Source: Armatimonadota bacterium
GTDB taxonomy: Bacteria > Armatimonadota > UBA5829 > DTLH01
NCBI GenBank assembly: GCA_029551395.1
Contig: JAKPFN010000083.1
Coordinates: 1,779 to 65,778 of the forward strand
DNA: 64,000 nucleotides
Direction of reading: 5' to 3'
Positions 63,923 to 64,000 of this stretch are shown here, piece after piece (within the stretch, counting starts at the first letter, position 1; the number at the start of each line of letters is the position of its first letter). Position numbers and translations under genes: made by a program. Below the pieces are notes generated by a model, which worked only from the letters and a program-made list of their open reading frames with translations, had not been told where the DNA came from and made no database searches.

Positions 63923-64000
63923 ATCCCCTTCGCCTGAACCATTACTGAATTTTGGTTTTTGAGTATCAGCCGGACTCTTCTTTAGTTTGGTGTTTCTGAT

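Overview
Mostly core chromosome from a probably diderm bacterium. The protein styles suggest Armatimonadota, but that is inference. Housekeeping genes: gyrB, a tRNA with CAT anticodon (likely Ile2), a miaA-hfq-dapF-dapL-hflX operon, cysK, tcdA, tatD, ligA, cmk-plsC, msrB and tatA. Also present: a PhoBR-like pair, a GAF-GAF kinase with an ANTAR regulator, an XRE plus ImmA/IrrE pair, glycoside hydrolases (GH36, GH130, GH42) and a multicopper oxidase. There is no integrase, transposase, CRISPR array or rRNA. Most interesting signals: (1) a ~190-230 aa C-terminal domain of two OB-fold-like halves shared by three otherwise different secreted proteins, a candidate lineage-specific anchoring or sorting domain; (2) a membrane protein with the D / GxxD / PAL motif set of presenilin-type intramembrane proteases; (3) three paralogues of a large secreted LamG-like/Ig/CARDB-like family, one missed by the ORF track; the two complete ones carry an HExxH motif and only one of those has the C-terminal domain; (4) a two-hairpin ANTAR-type RNA motif in the leader of the ANTAR gene itself; (5) several non-coding repeat families: a ~280 bp nested inverted-repeat element flanking an orphan gene, TTGCA-loop palindromes, a covarying 45 bp hairpin and GAGTGAY heptamer arrays. 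All alignments were done by eye; no searches were run.
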